IMG/VR virus record: IMGVR_UViG_3300031992_000079
Location: 12,269 to 76,268 of that record
Length of the DNA stretch: 64,000 nucleotides
From: a virus
Taxonomy: Duplodnaviria > Caudoviricetes
Strand: one strand, 5' to 3'
The notes below the pieces were generated by a model. The model was not told the DNA's origin and did no database searches. It worked only from the letters and a program-made list of their open reading frames with translations. Positions 27,701 to 37,060 of this stretch are shown piece after piece. Positions within the stretch are counted from its first letter, which is position 1; each line of letters starts with the position of its first letter. The position numbers and the translations under genes were made by a program.

Positions 27701-30700
27701 GAATTATTAAGATTCTCTACTTCAACAGAAAGACTGGTGATGTTACTGAGACTACTCAAACTAACTCTGACTGGTTCTCTGTTGTTCAAGTTACTCCTAA
27801 TGTTGGTGAAGCTCTGTCTGAAAGAATGAAAATTCTTAATGAGCCTAGACAAACCAGTAAGGGTAATAAGCACTTATTCACTGACTTACTTGGCTTCAAT
27901 GCTGATAATAACAATACTATGACTGAAGAGCAGTTAAAGGAGAAGCAAGATAAGTTAGAAGAAAAATTCAACTCTAATGATGTTAATGGAGAAGACTTCT
28001 CCTATCAGAGAAAGTATAAGGATATTCCCTCTATTGCTAAGGGTATTGGTGCTGCTGCTGATGGTAAAGAGTATGAAGTAAAGATTAATACCTATCACCA
28101 GATAGCAAGAATTAATCTCAGACCTAAAGGTACTGCTGGAGCACCTAGCTATGTCTACTTAAGCAGGAATGAGATTATTAAGAAAGACCATACATACCTT
28201 TCTTATGCAAGACTAGTAGAAAATGCTTTCCAGAATAATACTGGGTATGAAACTGATGTTAAGAGAATCAAGCAAGAACTCTCTTTCCTTAAAGGATGCA
28301 GAACATTAGCAGACCTCTATAAGAAGTATGCTTCTCAGCCTAAGACTCTTGAGAAGTATCTGAAGTATATGGAAGTCACTGTTAAGAAGAAGACATCTGG
28401 TGCATTTGATAGAATTGACCAGACCATGCTTGAAGCTAAGTTCAAAGTATGGGCTGACTTCTATGCAGAGATGACTCCTCTTATTGCAGCAGCAGAGAAA
28501 GCAGGTAAGAGCACTCTTAAGCTGTACTTCCCTCTTATCAATACTATCAATAACCGTGTCTTCATTGATTCATTAGGTATCAATCCTCGTGAGTTCAAGC
28601 CTCTTAGAAACTTCTTTACTCCTGTCTATATTGATGTAGATGGTAAGAGAGTAGGTTCTGAGAATGTAGGTAACTATGATAAGGATGACAAGCCTATTAA
28701 GCGTACTGAAGCACAGAATAAAGTTCTTAAAGCTATTATTGGTTTCAACTTTGGCTTAGATACTGATAAAGCCAGAATGGATGAAATCTCTGATACTGTG
28801 GATGATATTCTTGCAGCCATTAAGAAAGTAATGACTGCTAAGAATAATCCAGACCTTAGCACAATGAGTACTTTAGAAATCATTGATTTGATTGATGAGG
28901 TTAATCAGGAACTAACTGATAAGAAGTACACCACTGTTAATAAGATTAAGGGTGTTGAGTTAGAGAAGCATTCAGAAGCTGTACTGGCTATGAAAGAACT
29001 TACCAGAGCAGCTAATCCTGGAACTCAGGAAACAGTACTGGATTCCATTATCAATGATGATGATACAGTTATAAATAACTTCAAATTGCGTATTGAGGTT
29101 GATGGTCTTACCAATGGTACTGGTATTCATATTTACTCCTCTGGTTGGATGGGTAATACAGATGAATACTCTTATGGCTTATTAGCTGGTGTAGGTATAT
29201 TCCCCGCAGACTTTGGTAAGATGTCTGTAAGAGACTTCGTTAATGCCAAGCTTACTACTAATACAGACGACTCTTATCAGAGATTAGGCAGTACTGCTAA
29301 GGATATGGCTATTACCAGATTCATTAATGAATTAGCTGGTAGTGCTCCTATAGGCAGAGAGCTTAATATGTTTAAGACATTTAAGCAGATTATAGGTGTT
29401 GATGCAGAAGCCAGTATTAAGGAGTTCTTTGATAAGTTCTTTGACCGTGACACCATGAAGTATGTCCTTATGCCTACTTCCTATGGTGCAGGTAAGCCTT
29501 CCTTAATAAACTTCTTACATAATGTTATATCCAGAAAGATTTCTGAGAGAACAGCAAGTCTGTTAGATGCAGATGATATTGCTGCTATACATAATATGTA
29601 TCAGCAATTAGCAAGACTTAATGGTGGTAAGCTGGTTCTTACAGATATTGAGGGTAACTCTGTAGACTATCATAGCTCTATGACTAGAGCTGATTTTGAG
29701 AGATTCTCTGTATTTGTTACTGAAAATGAAGAACTCAAGAGCCAGCTTACTGATTCTCTGTGTGAGCCTATTGCTACTGCTGCTAATAATCTTATCTCTA
29801 TGGCAGACAGACACAGTAAAGCACTTACTGATGGTACTGAAGCATTTGCTCAAGTCTACAATCTGATGCTTTCTCATATCCTTACTTCATCTGACTTTGC
29901 TAAGAAAGGTTTACATCAGCTTACTAATGAGGATGTAGAGAAAATTTCAGGAAGAATAGCATCTGCTATCAACATTGGTCAGGATGCTGCTTCTCTTGGC
30001 TTACTCAAGGATGCTGTAGATAACTCTATTCGTATTCTTATGATTAGAGTTCCTTCATTAATGAAGGAGGGTAAGGGTATTGTTCTTTCTACTAAGAACA
30101 AACTCTCTAAAGAATCTATTGCTTCTGCACTCTCTCCTGAAACCAATCACACTAAAGACTCTGACATCATTAACAGATGCCAAGCTGCAATACGTGAATC
30201 CTTAGGTGCTTTCTTAGGTATTCATGATGCTGTGATGGCTAACTTTGAGCAGATGGCTAATGGTGTTGGTAAAGAGATGAATAAGCAATTTGCTCATACC
30301 ACATTCTATTCTTACAGACCATTACTTCAGTTAAGAAGTATTCTGGCTCAATCCAAGAGTTGGTTAAGACTGCATCAAACTGAGAACTCTTCCTATCACT
30401 ACAGCTCTTTAGAGAGCCAGTTAGACTATGCTATGACTCAGTTAGAGGAAGTAGCTATGTCTCAGATAGCAGGTAGAGTAGATGCCTTTAACAGGGTGAT
30501 TAAAGAGAATAAGCCTATTACTGTAAACCAGTATGCTATTGAGAATGTAACCAGTTATGAGATAACTCCTCAAATTGCTAAAGAGTTCTTAGATACTCTT
30601 ACTGAGGATTTAAGAGTTAATAACATGGTTACTATGGAGCAGTCTGACATTATTCAGTTTAAGTGGTTTGTTCAGAAACAAGTAGGAGGCTTAGACTTCT

Positions 30701-33700
30701 GGAGAACCATTGATAGTCAGGTTAAATCTGCCACTATCAGCAGTATGGTTCAATTAAAGGACTATATTAATAACAAACAGATTGGCTTTAAGAAAGACAC
30801 TATAGACAGGTTTAATGAGCTCTATAATGCCTATGAAGCCACTGTTAAAGGTTCTTATGATTCAAGCTTTATTAAGGTCATGACTGATGCTGTAAGTGAT
30901 TACAGAAGAGCTACTACTATTCATCATCATGAAGTATTAAGAGATTCTACTAACCTCCCGAAGGGAGAACAGAGAGAAGCAGTAAAAGAAGTTCTTGCTA
31001 TTCTGGATACCATTAGAAGCTATGAGAAAGATGGTAATAATGCAGATAAGCTTAACTTTGTAACTAATAATGATGCTGCTAATAGCCTTATAGAGCAGAG
31101 ACTTAGAAGACTCCATGGAAGAATGAGTACTGACTTTGGTACTTTTTCCACTCTCAATAACATTGTTATGGCTACTTCTTCTAACAGAGTAGATTTGCAT
31201 AACATAGAATCTCTCAATGCTTTACTCCGTAGAAGCAAGACTGAGTTAGATGGTGAGTATCTTAATGTCTCTGACTTTGACAGGAATAAGCAGTCTGTAA
31301 TCATTGATGTTGATGAGATTGATTATGCTGGCTTACTTACCAAGATTAGTAAAGACAGCTTAACCAGAAATCTCTCTGAGGAAGAGTTAATCCAGTTCTT
31401 CTATGAGCCTTATATTGGTCAGATAGAACAACAGTTAAAGGCTGCTAAAGATAAGGGTACTCCTATACGTCAGATTGTCTTTGGCATGAATAAGGTAATA
31501 GACAGGATTCTCTTCTCTGCTATAAACAGACAGATAAATGACAGTACCTATGACTCTGTATGGAATGGTTTAACTATCAGTATTGTTCCTAGAATTACAG
31601 ATAAGACTGATGGTGGAGTACAGTCCAGTGTATTCTTCCATAACCAGATGATTGAGCAATTAGGAGAGAATGCTCACTTCTATACTCAGTGTCTTAATAA
31701 TGAGAATAAGGACTTATCTGGCAGGAACTTCCTCTACAGAAACAAATTCACTCATGATTACTTAACCAGTAATTACATGAGCAGAATGCACGAGATGGTA
31801 GATGTATCCTATAACAAGTTAATGGATACTAAAGGACCTCAGAAGAAAGACATATGGGATGTAGCTAAAGATAAGGATGCTCTATCCTTTATTGGTACTG
31901 GAGACAGATTTGGTTATATAAACTATGATGAATTTGACAGTGCCAATAAGGCTACTATTACTGAATACCATATGGCTACTGGCTTTGATAATACATCTAT
32001 CAATGATGATGGCAATGTAAGGAAGTATGCTGGCTTCTCTGAAGATGAATTAGAAACCAGATATGAGACTGCTGTTAATGGCATTGGTGTTATGGATGAT
32101 GGCAGGTTCAGACCTGCTAATAAAGACTGGGAAAAGGATATTAAAGAACATCCTACTATCTATGTAGGCATAATGTCCTCTGGAAGAATCTATGACTCTA
32201 ATGCTTATTCCTTTATTGAGAGTGTACCTGAGTTTAAGCTTGCTTATGAGAAAGCCAAAGGAATACTTCAACATAGGCAGAGACTCTTAGCTAATGGTAC
32301 CTATACCAATAGAGATGCTACTCTTATTCCTGTAACTATTCCTAATGTAAATTACAAGGGATTAAAGGTTAAGGTTAAATTTATAGTTAATCTTGATAAT
32401 GTTTGTACTGTTAAAGAACTTAAAGAGAACATAGTCAATACTGGTAAAGCATCTAACATAGGTAAGATTAATCTTACTATCCGTCCTGATGCTCCTAAGC
32501 GTATTAAGGATATGTTTGGTTTATCTTCAGACAGGATTGCAGATATGACTCTTAATCCTAAGAGCAAGATAACCAAATTCTTATCTCAGTATTACTATGA
32601 TAATAAACCTAATGCAGATAAGAGATATGTTGAGATTCCTGATGAATTAGCTAACAGAGCAAATCTATTAAGTAATAGTCTCAATACTGAGGATGTAAGA
32701 CAGCTTGCTCAGTACAATGTAATCTCCAGTGCTGAAGACTCTTCACAGCAAATCTTCTTAGGTAAAGAAACCAATAGTAAGGGTATCTACAATGGTAATC
32801 AGAACTCCTTTACTATTGACTATACCAATGTAGCTTCTACAGAAGACAATCACAGAAGCTTCTACAATAAGTTTGCTGGTGCTGTATCCAGAATGGCAGT
32901 TAGAAGAGCTGAGAGATTTGCTAGCAGGATACGCGGTTATACCTCTAATAAGAAGCCAGATGACTTAATGACTGATACTGAACTGGCTCTCTATAGGGAT
33001 ATTAACTGTGATGACATCAGGAGAATAGCTAAGTCTCTGGATGATTTAGATAAGCAAAATGGTATAGACAATTCTCATCTCTATGGTGTTCTTGACCAGC
33101 TTATTGATGCCAATATGCTTATCAGATACAGACTGAATAAGTCATTAGGCAGAGATGGTGCTGCTGTTCTTAACAGAGTTAATGGTGTAAGAGTTGGTTA
33201 TGTTACTCATGGTTTAGCAGCTAAAGGTGAAGGCTCTAATCTTGAAACCTTCCAACATGAGCTTACTCACGTACCTCTTGAGTTCTTATCTCTTGACCCT
33301 AGTGCCAATAACAAACTGCTGCAACTCTATAGATATGTGTCCAGTAACATTACTATGGACCACTTTGAATATGGTGATGCTGAAGACAGAAGGATAATGG
33401 ATTACTTATTCAAAGATCCTACTACTTCAGACCCTCATTTAGAGTTCCTGGATTATGCTATTAACAATGCCAGATTTAGAGCTGCTTTAAGAAATCTTAC
33501 CAATGATAAGAATATGGCACCTGAGTTTGAATCCAAGATTAGGTCTATATTCAATAGATTTATAGGCACTCTTAAAGAAGGAAAGAAGCCAGATATTCTT
33601 GATGCTTGTGACAAGATATTTAAGCGTTCTCTTGCTATTGCAAAGCATTACTATAATAAGAATCCTACTGTTCCTGCTGAGACATTTTCACAGCAAAGAA

Positions 33701-36324
33701 CATTACTGGATAAGGCAAATCTTATCTTTGAGGAAGGATTAAATGGTCTACTAACTAAGGTATTTGGTGGTCCTGTAGGTGCTACACAAGACTTGGCTTT
33801 CATGAGTGGTAATCCAGAGATTGCTCCTGAAAGAGCATTTGGCAGAGAAGCAATGCCTGGTAGAGCATCTGAAGTGTTTACTCACTTTGTTGACCTTGCT
33901 CTTAAGGAAATACCTGAAGGAAAGCAGGAATTAGCTAATCAACTGGCTCAATCCTTTAAGGCTGTAGACAGTGATAACTGGGAATATGTGAAGCTCAGAT
34001 TAGGTGCTAAAGAGTGTGTAGATAAGGTTAGAGAAAGAGGAGCCAGTGCTGTTAATAAAGTTATCAGTGAACTGACTAAGAATATCTCTACTAAGACTCT
34101 TAACAACATGACTGAGTATGTTGTTCATGCAGATTTACAGTGCTTAAGAGATGGTAGAACTGCTGATGAAACAATTAAGTTAATCCAAGACCCTACCTAC
34201 AGATACAATGAAATTAAGAAGCTTGAAAAGCGATTAATGGATACTGCTCAAGGTAACTTCTTCATTAACTCTGCTAAAGGCTTATCTAATAAGCTTCTGT
34301 ATGGTGTAAATACATCTGGTATTGGATATAACAATGCCTATGAGATAGCTAATCTCTGTGGTACTAGAGCAGAGACTACTGATAGTCCTAATGTAAGTAC
34401 TATAGACCAGTTAGTTACTCTCTATACTGTACATGAACTTAATAAGAAGAATCCTAAGATATATGATGAACTCACTAAGAGTAAGGGAGTATTACAGGAT
34501 ATTCTTGAGTATCACAGTGGTCTTATAGAACTGGAAAGAAACAGTGTCTATGGAGATTCCTTACAAAAGTACCATATCCCTAAGGGTGAAGTACATGGTG
34601 GTATGTCTAAGAATAGGTTTGAAGTTATTCCTGAAGATGCTTTAGATGCCTATAAATGGGTAGGATACAGAAAGGTTAGAGAAGTTAAATTAGACCCTCT
34701 CTACAAGAGTCTTCTCAAGAAGAAGTATGTTCTTGTTGAAGCTAAGTTTATGCCTGATGTTCCTTTCTCTGATGGTGCTACAGTACTTACTGATATATTC
34801 AAAGGCAGGAATAAGTCTACTGGTTATATTGGTGGTACTAAGGTAGAAGAAGAGAACTTTGATGTATTCTATGAAGAAAAGGGTAAAGAGAAAGTAGTTA
34901 ATTATCTTAATGAACAGGTTAAGAGACTCAATAAACCAGGATTTACACAGCTTAATCCTAAGTCTATTGATGGTGTATTCTCTCCTTCCTTTGGCTTAGG
35001 TGCATCTATTACTGGTTGTGACTTCCTGTTAAATGAGAAAGAAAAGAACCAGAAGCTTGGTAAGAACTTCAAGTTTACATCTGTTCTCGGAGATCATTAT
35101 GGTTCTATCTTAGAGAGAGTAAAAGCTCCTGCATGGAATACTAAAGTAGCTGAAGCTCTTGATGAAGCTTATGAGAAGAGAGCCAAAGAAGCTAGATTTA
35201 CTTGGCTTACTGAGAATGAAGAAAAGAAAGAAAGACAGGAACTCTATAAGCTTATTCCTTTTGAAATAAGAGAATACTTTGAGAATAAGTATCCTGGTAA
35301 AGGTGTTCCTATTGAAGAAGCATATATTACTGGAATACTTGGCTATAGGCATGCTTCTGCATCTGTTCCTGATACTGAGTATAAGGAATTAGAAGCTACT
35401 ACCAAGGACTACATTAAACATATTCTTCACTCTGCTCCTGTGGCTTATGGTGAATCTCTTGCTAAGTACCTTGCTCAGATTGGTAAAGAGAATATTGTTA
35501 TTAAGGGTGCTGTAACCTCTATAAATAACATCATTTCTAACTGTGTATCTCTTGCTATACAGGGACTCTCTCCTGATAAGGTATGCAAGTATCAAGTAGA
35601 AGGCTTAAGACAACTTAAGTCCTATACTGATATGGCAGAGAAGTACAATATGCTGCTTGCTAGGAGTGTCTTAGGTGAAACTTCTAAAGCAGACACTATG
35701 CAAATGAAAGCCTATGAAGATGCTATGTCTCATAGCCCTATAGGCTATCTTGCTGATAAGGGTGCTATACCTCAGATAGCAGAAGATTTAACACAGTCTG
35801 ACAGGCTTACTAAGGACTTAATAGATAAGTACTTACCCAGAAGACTTCAACAATTTGCTCATAATGCTGTAGGAGACCAGAAATCTTGGATGTACAGCAG
35901 ATTAAGTCATCTTGCTACCTTTGGTGATATTACTGCTAAGTATGCCCTGTTTAGATACCTTACAGAAGAGAAGCAACTTAACAGAGATGAAGCTGCAAGA
36001 CAGTGTGTTCAATCCTTTATTGATTACTCTAATCCTCTTCCTAAGGAATTACAGTACATGGATTCTATTGGAGCACTCCCCTTTACTAAGTTCTTAATTG
36101 GTAATCAAACCAACATAGTGAACTCTTTAATGAGGAATCCAGTAGGAGCTATGTCTTGGCTTATGGCTAATAGTTGGATGAATGTATCTGACATCTATGG
36201 CTCTATCTTAGGTGTAGATTCCATTACTAACAGATGGCATATGCCTGGATTTGGATTATGGTATCAATCTCTGGCTTCCTTGCCTATTGTAAGAGCTACA
36301 GGAGCAGCAGCAGCAATCTTGTAA
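21748..36324 (+). CDS. Virion-encapsidated RNA polymerase (N4 gp50-like), 4858 aa
   Basis: Single-subunit RNAP motifs in the correct order: NNRVF..GINP (DxxGR-like), EVDGLTNG (motif A, ~aa 2452), RDTMKYVLMPTSYGAG (motif B, ~aa 2571) and IHDA (motif C, ~aa 2827). HELTH at ~aa 3837. Giant size and N4 synteny. Confidence 0.93.
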   Translation: MASYIPNPYLSREQQQEIANIQSQYTDSDYKNALISLMNNDALTPQEMEQRRMEEIAQSNARLQQSRESRESIYMRASAKVRELINRPEIMTPNEIAEVVTSDPDLSVAYATDNEKYGLVNQILQERSRLADPARALDGKTISDEEDSFLGSLWTGVKHTFGSMGPNARKAKSILDLNELPLKDLDKIKRKQEVANDIQAKMVEESDRMTSPDMAQRAEALSKYKYFQNELNKLQLTPEEQRLWDTYGEQYTNLHGDLDLANAQLSDLNNTVTSEEAEALMADRQRDRNFTALGQSANYDNWDYVQATISDKIKHFSPSKMLGEIAATALPFFIPVVGPVLGTIGFTARAAAFSSDALEHFANNLEAYMNEHGQIPDDRAIGIMAAAIGSAVADFYGSKLFVGGLGKAGIVKSIENDFKNALVNVKPLIGKVSNNSMAHAIAASMATQLSKKTVKSGVGEELSTAERAINKIISGKAEAISSAGVRYAKKANKLAHEYTGTGIQDIASAGVKLAGENIGSTLFDQLALDKFDAKALVDAGVSGLIGGAMFHGVASPGMALARMGKQQVQQRIGPKFKIDSEKDWQATLDNMNLPENRKYKEQYIETYQSGLEKMEGEIDETITKAVEQATDRYGEAIGKNAAGEWIFNEKKAANLTEKTKKQAVKDVKKLNKLEANAEEAKQVIASRNEALTKLQQATVKEDYEETKDLDSELTEEEVEAREEAFHKYASDEDKVKALVESEKITEEQAKHIINPSTSKIAVDSELKPALEKYGETTAELYEDLEGNKEVIQALNEADKTKFDTAIDDLVSKKTISKERADVLKSRFTKEEFERTQRTDNEVNEEGKNRAGETVPFSKYNKPSQKDIQDALKVDDTTKDFVKENPLNAGKDLSLADLSDAAVTPSIRKSFLNDKSLEANRLDLFNAIKANSKLSETEINNFLNPFVKEVKDAFKNANEVNKALKDQRAFATEAEAKAFIDKINKKAGLEASSLVPKKIAGRYIVEDIIENIDKKELNKAKTIEEALKWWDSHKAEYARVPYKAGTIADVIEKKIVNKLRKGVKDEKKDDALKTFKNAVESVENALGAGLQTVSKEGVKHAYTKAKEAKEFMEEFKKLQKEMEETNKVSKDIAKKPIEDIVADIEIGFEYFFRDLGITDISKITETDLVDFLKNHKLTRKDEIRYIEYHKLITNSHIDRKAEILGRLEIVRNLIELAKANDAFDDTPDLPVARLFYGRGRTGVTWDTTTDRMNADKRYNALYAKFSTMYEMEYISSAEIPTGAMSATATKALEDDELNRKGINEVVLERELMNFDQTRIDQMAELFMLMKNTSFAGKAGFGDMLHRALDEYNERDASKKINSTIIDNNDLSSLKTINARARTDFFIAIASTNTFKNFFGLVNQGTKHKTLEDFIKHSPEYSLPGHASDVFTDKTITKLGYYNTATHKYESYDAPTSGTSAYDNLVALDNYFKLNGALYNHVWDDIALSKSNPANTLMGIIRDRYELTHASAKKYLGFGKGDAVDRIKSNMEDLLKNLNVKKIADATVFFNNLYLIQKQWIARGKVLVSNPGTSDPFSQFKDRLSSLYTGKENFNDVFDRVYNPRGKDRSTVRQIQFPLTAAIIKNIAAQYMENAIEQNPKFTPTDFETFYNPAKQVYDTTTFLKNTTYERFSGFKEISTALQTETARQELADVIRYNLVRGKIKLQDILDFNATTEDEGGVKAEWRLNDEGVNALKEIFSDKDKAGYNADVDLEHQFKDIPNLEKFFAALINAKKLHNVVTFRKSGTKETLDSTGTYEHIENDLLRYGKKDFEIIPNAENMSVLASDNFIKYRGQFNTSYADKARLDEFLQEVLKLSESAGKFSKTATNLADQVFMRSYKGIQAYNREVVHTIAGVFLSHLPRLSSGQSEKWVDKQVTTEYFTQKAANVFKRSNFISKNNLGEDLGSQMITALGIRSRGDFATHDAIPRLAAGLAGRALDMAQDKGIIKILYFNRKTGDVTETTQTNSDWFSVVQVTPNVGEALSERMKILNEPRQTSKGNKHLFTDLLGFNADNNNTMTEEQLKEKQDKLEEKFNSNDVNGEDFSYQRKYKDIPSIAKGIGAAADGKEYEVKINTYHQIARINLRPKGTAGAPSYVYLSRNEIIKKDHTYLSYARLVENAFQNNTGYETDVKRIKQELSFLKGCRTLADLYKKYASQPKTLEKYLKYMEVTVKKKTSGAFDRIDQTMLEAKFKVWADFYAEMTPLIAAAEKAGKSTLKLYFPLINTINNRVFIDSLGINPREFKPLRNFFTPVYIDVDGKRVGSENVGNYDKDDKPIKRTEAQNKVLKAIIGFNFGLDTDKARMDEISDTVDDILAAIKKVMTAKNNPDLSTMSTLEIIDLIDEVNQELTDKKYTTVNKIKGVELEKHSEAVLAMKELTRAANPGTQETVLDSIINDDDTVINNFKLRIEVDGLTNGTGIHIYSSGWMGNTDEYSYGLLAGVGIFPADFGKMSVRDFVNAKLTTNTDDSYQRLGSTAKDMAITRFINELAGSAPIGRELNMFKTFKQIIGVDAEASIKEFFDKFFDRDTMKYVLMPTSYGAGKPSLINFLHNVISRKISERTASLLDADDIAAIHNMYQQLARLNGGKLVLTDIEGNSVDYHSSMTRADFERFSVFVTENEELKSQLTDSLCEPIATAANNLISMADRHSKALTDGTEAFAQVYNLMLSHILTSSDFAKKGLHQLTNEDVEKISGRIASAINIGQDAASLGLLKDAVDNSIRILMIRVPSLMKEGKGIVLSTKNKLSKESIASALSPETNHTKDSDIINRCQAAIRESLGAFLGIHDAVMANFEQMANGVGKEMNKQFAHTTFYSYRPLLQLRSILAQSKSWLRLHQTENSSYHYSSLESQLDYAMTQLEEVAMSQIAGRVDAFNRVIKENKPITVNQYAIENVTSYEITPQIAKEFLDTLTEDLRVNNMVTMEQSDIIQFKWFVQKQVGGLDFWRTIDSQVKSATISSMVQLKDYINNKQIGFKKDTIDRFNELYNAYEATVKGSYDSSFIKVMTDAVSDYRRATTIHHHEVLRDSTNLPKGEQREAVKEVLAILDTIRSYEKDGNNADKLNFVTNNDAANSLIEQRLRRLHGRMSTDFGTFSTLNNIVMATSSNRVDLHNIESLNALLRRSKTELDGEYLNVSDFDRNKQSVIIDVDEIDYAGLLTKISKDSLTRNLSEEELIQFFYEPYIGQIEQQLKAAKDKGTPIRQIVFGMNKVIDRILFSAINRQINDSTYDSVWNGLTISIVPRITDKTDGGVQSSVFFHNQMIEQLGENAHFYTQCLNNENKDLSGRNFLYRNKFTHDYLTSNYMSRMHEMVDVSYNKLMDTKGPQKKDIWDVAKDKDALSFIGTGDRFGYINYDEFDSANKATITEYHMATGFDNTSINDDGNVRKYAGFSEDELETRYETAVNGIGVMDDGRFRPANKDWEKDIKEHPTIYVGIMSSGRIYDSNAYSFIESVPEFKLAYEKAKGILQHRQRLLANGTYTNRDATLIPVTIPNVNYKGLKVKVKFIVNLDNVCTVKELKENIVNTGKASNIGKINLTIRPDAPKRIKDMFGLSSDRIADMTLNPKSKITKFLSQYYYDNKPNADKRYVEIPDELANRANLLSNSLNTEDVRQLAQYNVISSAEDSSQQIFLGKETNSKGIYNGNQNSFTIDYTNVASTEDNHRSFYNKFAGAVSRMAVRRAERFASRIRGYTSNKKPDDLMTDTELALYRDINCDDIRRIAKSLDDLDKQNGIDNSHLYGVLDQLIDANMLIRYRLNKSLGRDGAAVLNRVNGVRVGYVTHGLAAKGEGSNLETFQHELTHVPLEFLSLDPSANNKLLQLYRYVSSNITMDHFEYGDAEDRRIMDYLFKDPTTSDPHLEFLDYAINNARFRAALRNLTNDKNMAPEFESKIRSIFNRFIGTLKEGKKPDILDACDKIFKRSLAIAKHYYNKNPTVPAETFSQQRTLLDKANLIFEEGLNGLLTKVFGGPVGATQDLAFMSGNPEIAPERAFGREAMPGRASEVFTHFVDLALKEIPEGKQELANQLAQSFKAVDSDNWEYVKLRLGAKECVDKVRERGASAVNKVISELTKNISTKTLNNMTEYVVHADLQCLRDGRTADETIKLIQDPTYRYNEIKKLEKRLMDTAQGNFFINSAKGLSNKLLYGVNTSGIGYNNAYEIANLCGTRAETTDSPNVSTIDQLVTLYTVHELNKKNPKIYDELTKSKGVLQDILEYHSGLIELERNSVYGDSLQKYHIPKGEVHGGMSKNRFEVIPEDALDAYKWVGYRKVREVKLDPLYKSLLKKKYVLVEAKFMPDVPFSDGATVLTDIFKGRNKSTGYIGGTKVEEENFDVFYEEKGKEKVVNYLNEQVKRLNKPGFTQLNPKSIDGVFSPSFGLGASITGCDFLLNEKEKNQKLGKNFKFTSVLGDHYGSILERVKAPAWNTKVAEALDEAYEKRAKEARFTWLTENEEKKERQELYKLIPFEIREYFENKYPGKGVPIEEAYITGILGYRHASASVPDTEYKELEATTKDYIKHILHSAPVAYGESLAKYLAQIGKENIVIKGAVTSINNIISNCVSLAIQGLSPDKVCKYQVEGLRQLKSYTDMAEKYNMLLARSVLGETSKADTMQMKAYEDAMSHSPIGYLADKGAIPQIAEDLTQSDRLTKDLIDKYLPRRLQQFAHNAVGDQKSWMYSRLSHLATFGDITAKYALFRYLTEEKQLNRDEAARQCVQSFIDYSNPLPKELQYMDSIGALPFTKFLIGNQTNIVNSLMRNPVGAMSWLMANSWMNVSDIYGSILGVDSITNRWHMPGFGLWYQSLASLPIVRATGAAAAIL

Positions 36325-36370
36325 TAAGACACTGAAATACTGTATAGAGACGGTAAACTAAGGAGCTTCT

Positions 36371-37060
36371 ATGGAAGAAATCGGAATTGAAGAATTCAAG
36401 AAATGTTTACCTGTCTCTGTTAAAGGCAGTGTGTCTGATGAGATTAGAGATGCCTTTAATGCCTGTCTAAGTGACCCTGATACCAGAGAGGTTATGTCTC
36501 AGAACCTGTTAGGTTATACAGATGTAATCTCTAAAGGTAAATTCAAATTAGAGAACTACATATCTGCTGTAAGGTACTGTACTTATAAGTCTATGGGTAA
36601 TACCAATGTACTGGCTTATAAGAAAACCTTTCCAGACAGGTATAAACACTATCAAGAGAGTGGTATGCCTGATAAAGACATCAACTCTCTTATCTCTGCT
36701 TATAACAAATCCAAGCTAGTAACTCTTCTCTATCAGACAATGATGATTCCTACATACATTCTTAATCAGGATGTATTTCAGGAAGCTATAAATGTACAAA
36801 GAGAACTAATGCTAGACCCTTCAGTAAAGCCATTAGTAAGGTCACAGGCTGCCAAGGCTTTAATGGATACACTTAAGCCACCTGAGGTAAAGCAGATGGA
36901 ATTGAGTGTATCTGTGAAAGAATCTGAGACTGTAGAAGAGCTTAGAAAGACTACTAATGAATTAGCTAAAGCTCAGTTAAAAGCATTGCAACAAGGAGGT
37001 TCATTAACAGATATTCTTAATGCTCCAATCATAGAGGATGCTCAATATGAAGAGTGTTGA
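36371..37060 (+). CDS. Terminase small subunit candidate (N4 gp69-like)
   Basis: 229 aa; EEFKKCLP, L.GY..V...GKFK...Y..AV.Y and VRS.AA..L...LKPPE motifs; upstream of TerL. Confidence 0.75.
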   Translation: MEEIGIEEFKKCLPVSVKGSVSDEIRDAFNACLSDPDTREVMSQNLLGYTDVISKGKFKLENYISAVRYCTYKSMGNTNVLAYKKTFPDRYKHYQESGMPDKDINSLISAYNKSKLVTLLYQTMMIPTYILNQDVFQEAINVQRELMLDPSVKPLVRSQAAKALMDTLKPPEVKQMELSVSVKESETVEELRKTTNELAKAQLKALQQGGSLTDILNAPIIEDAQYEEC

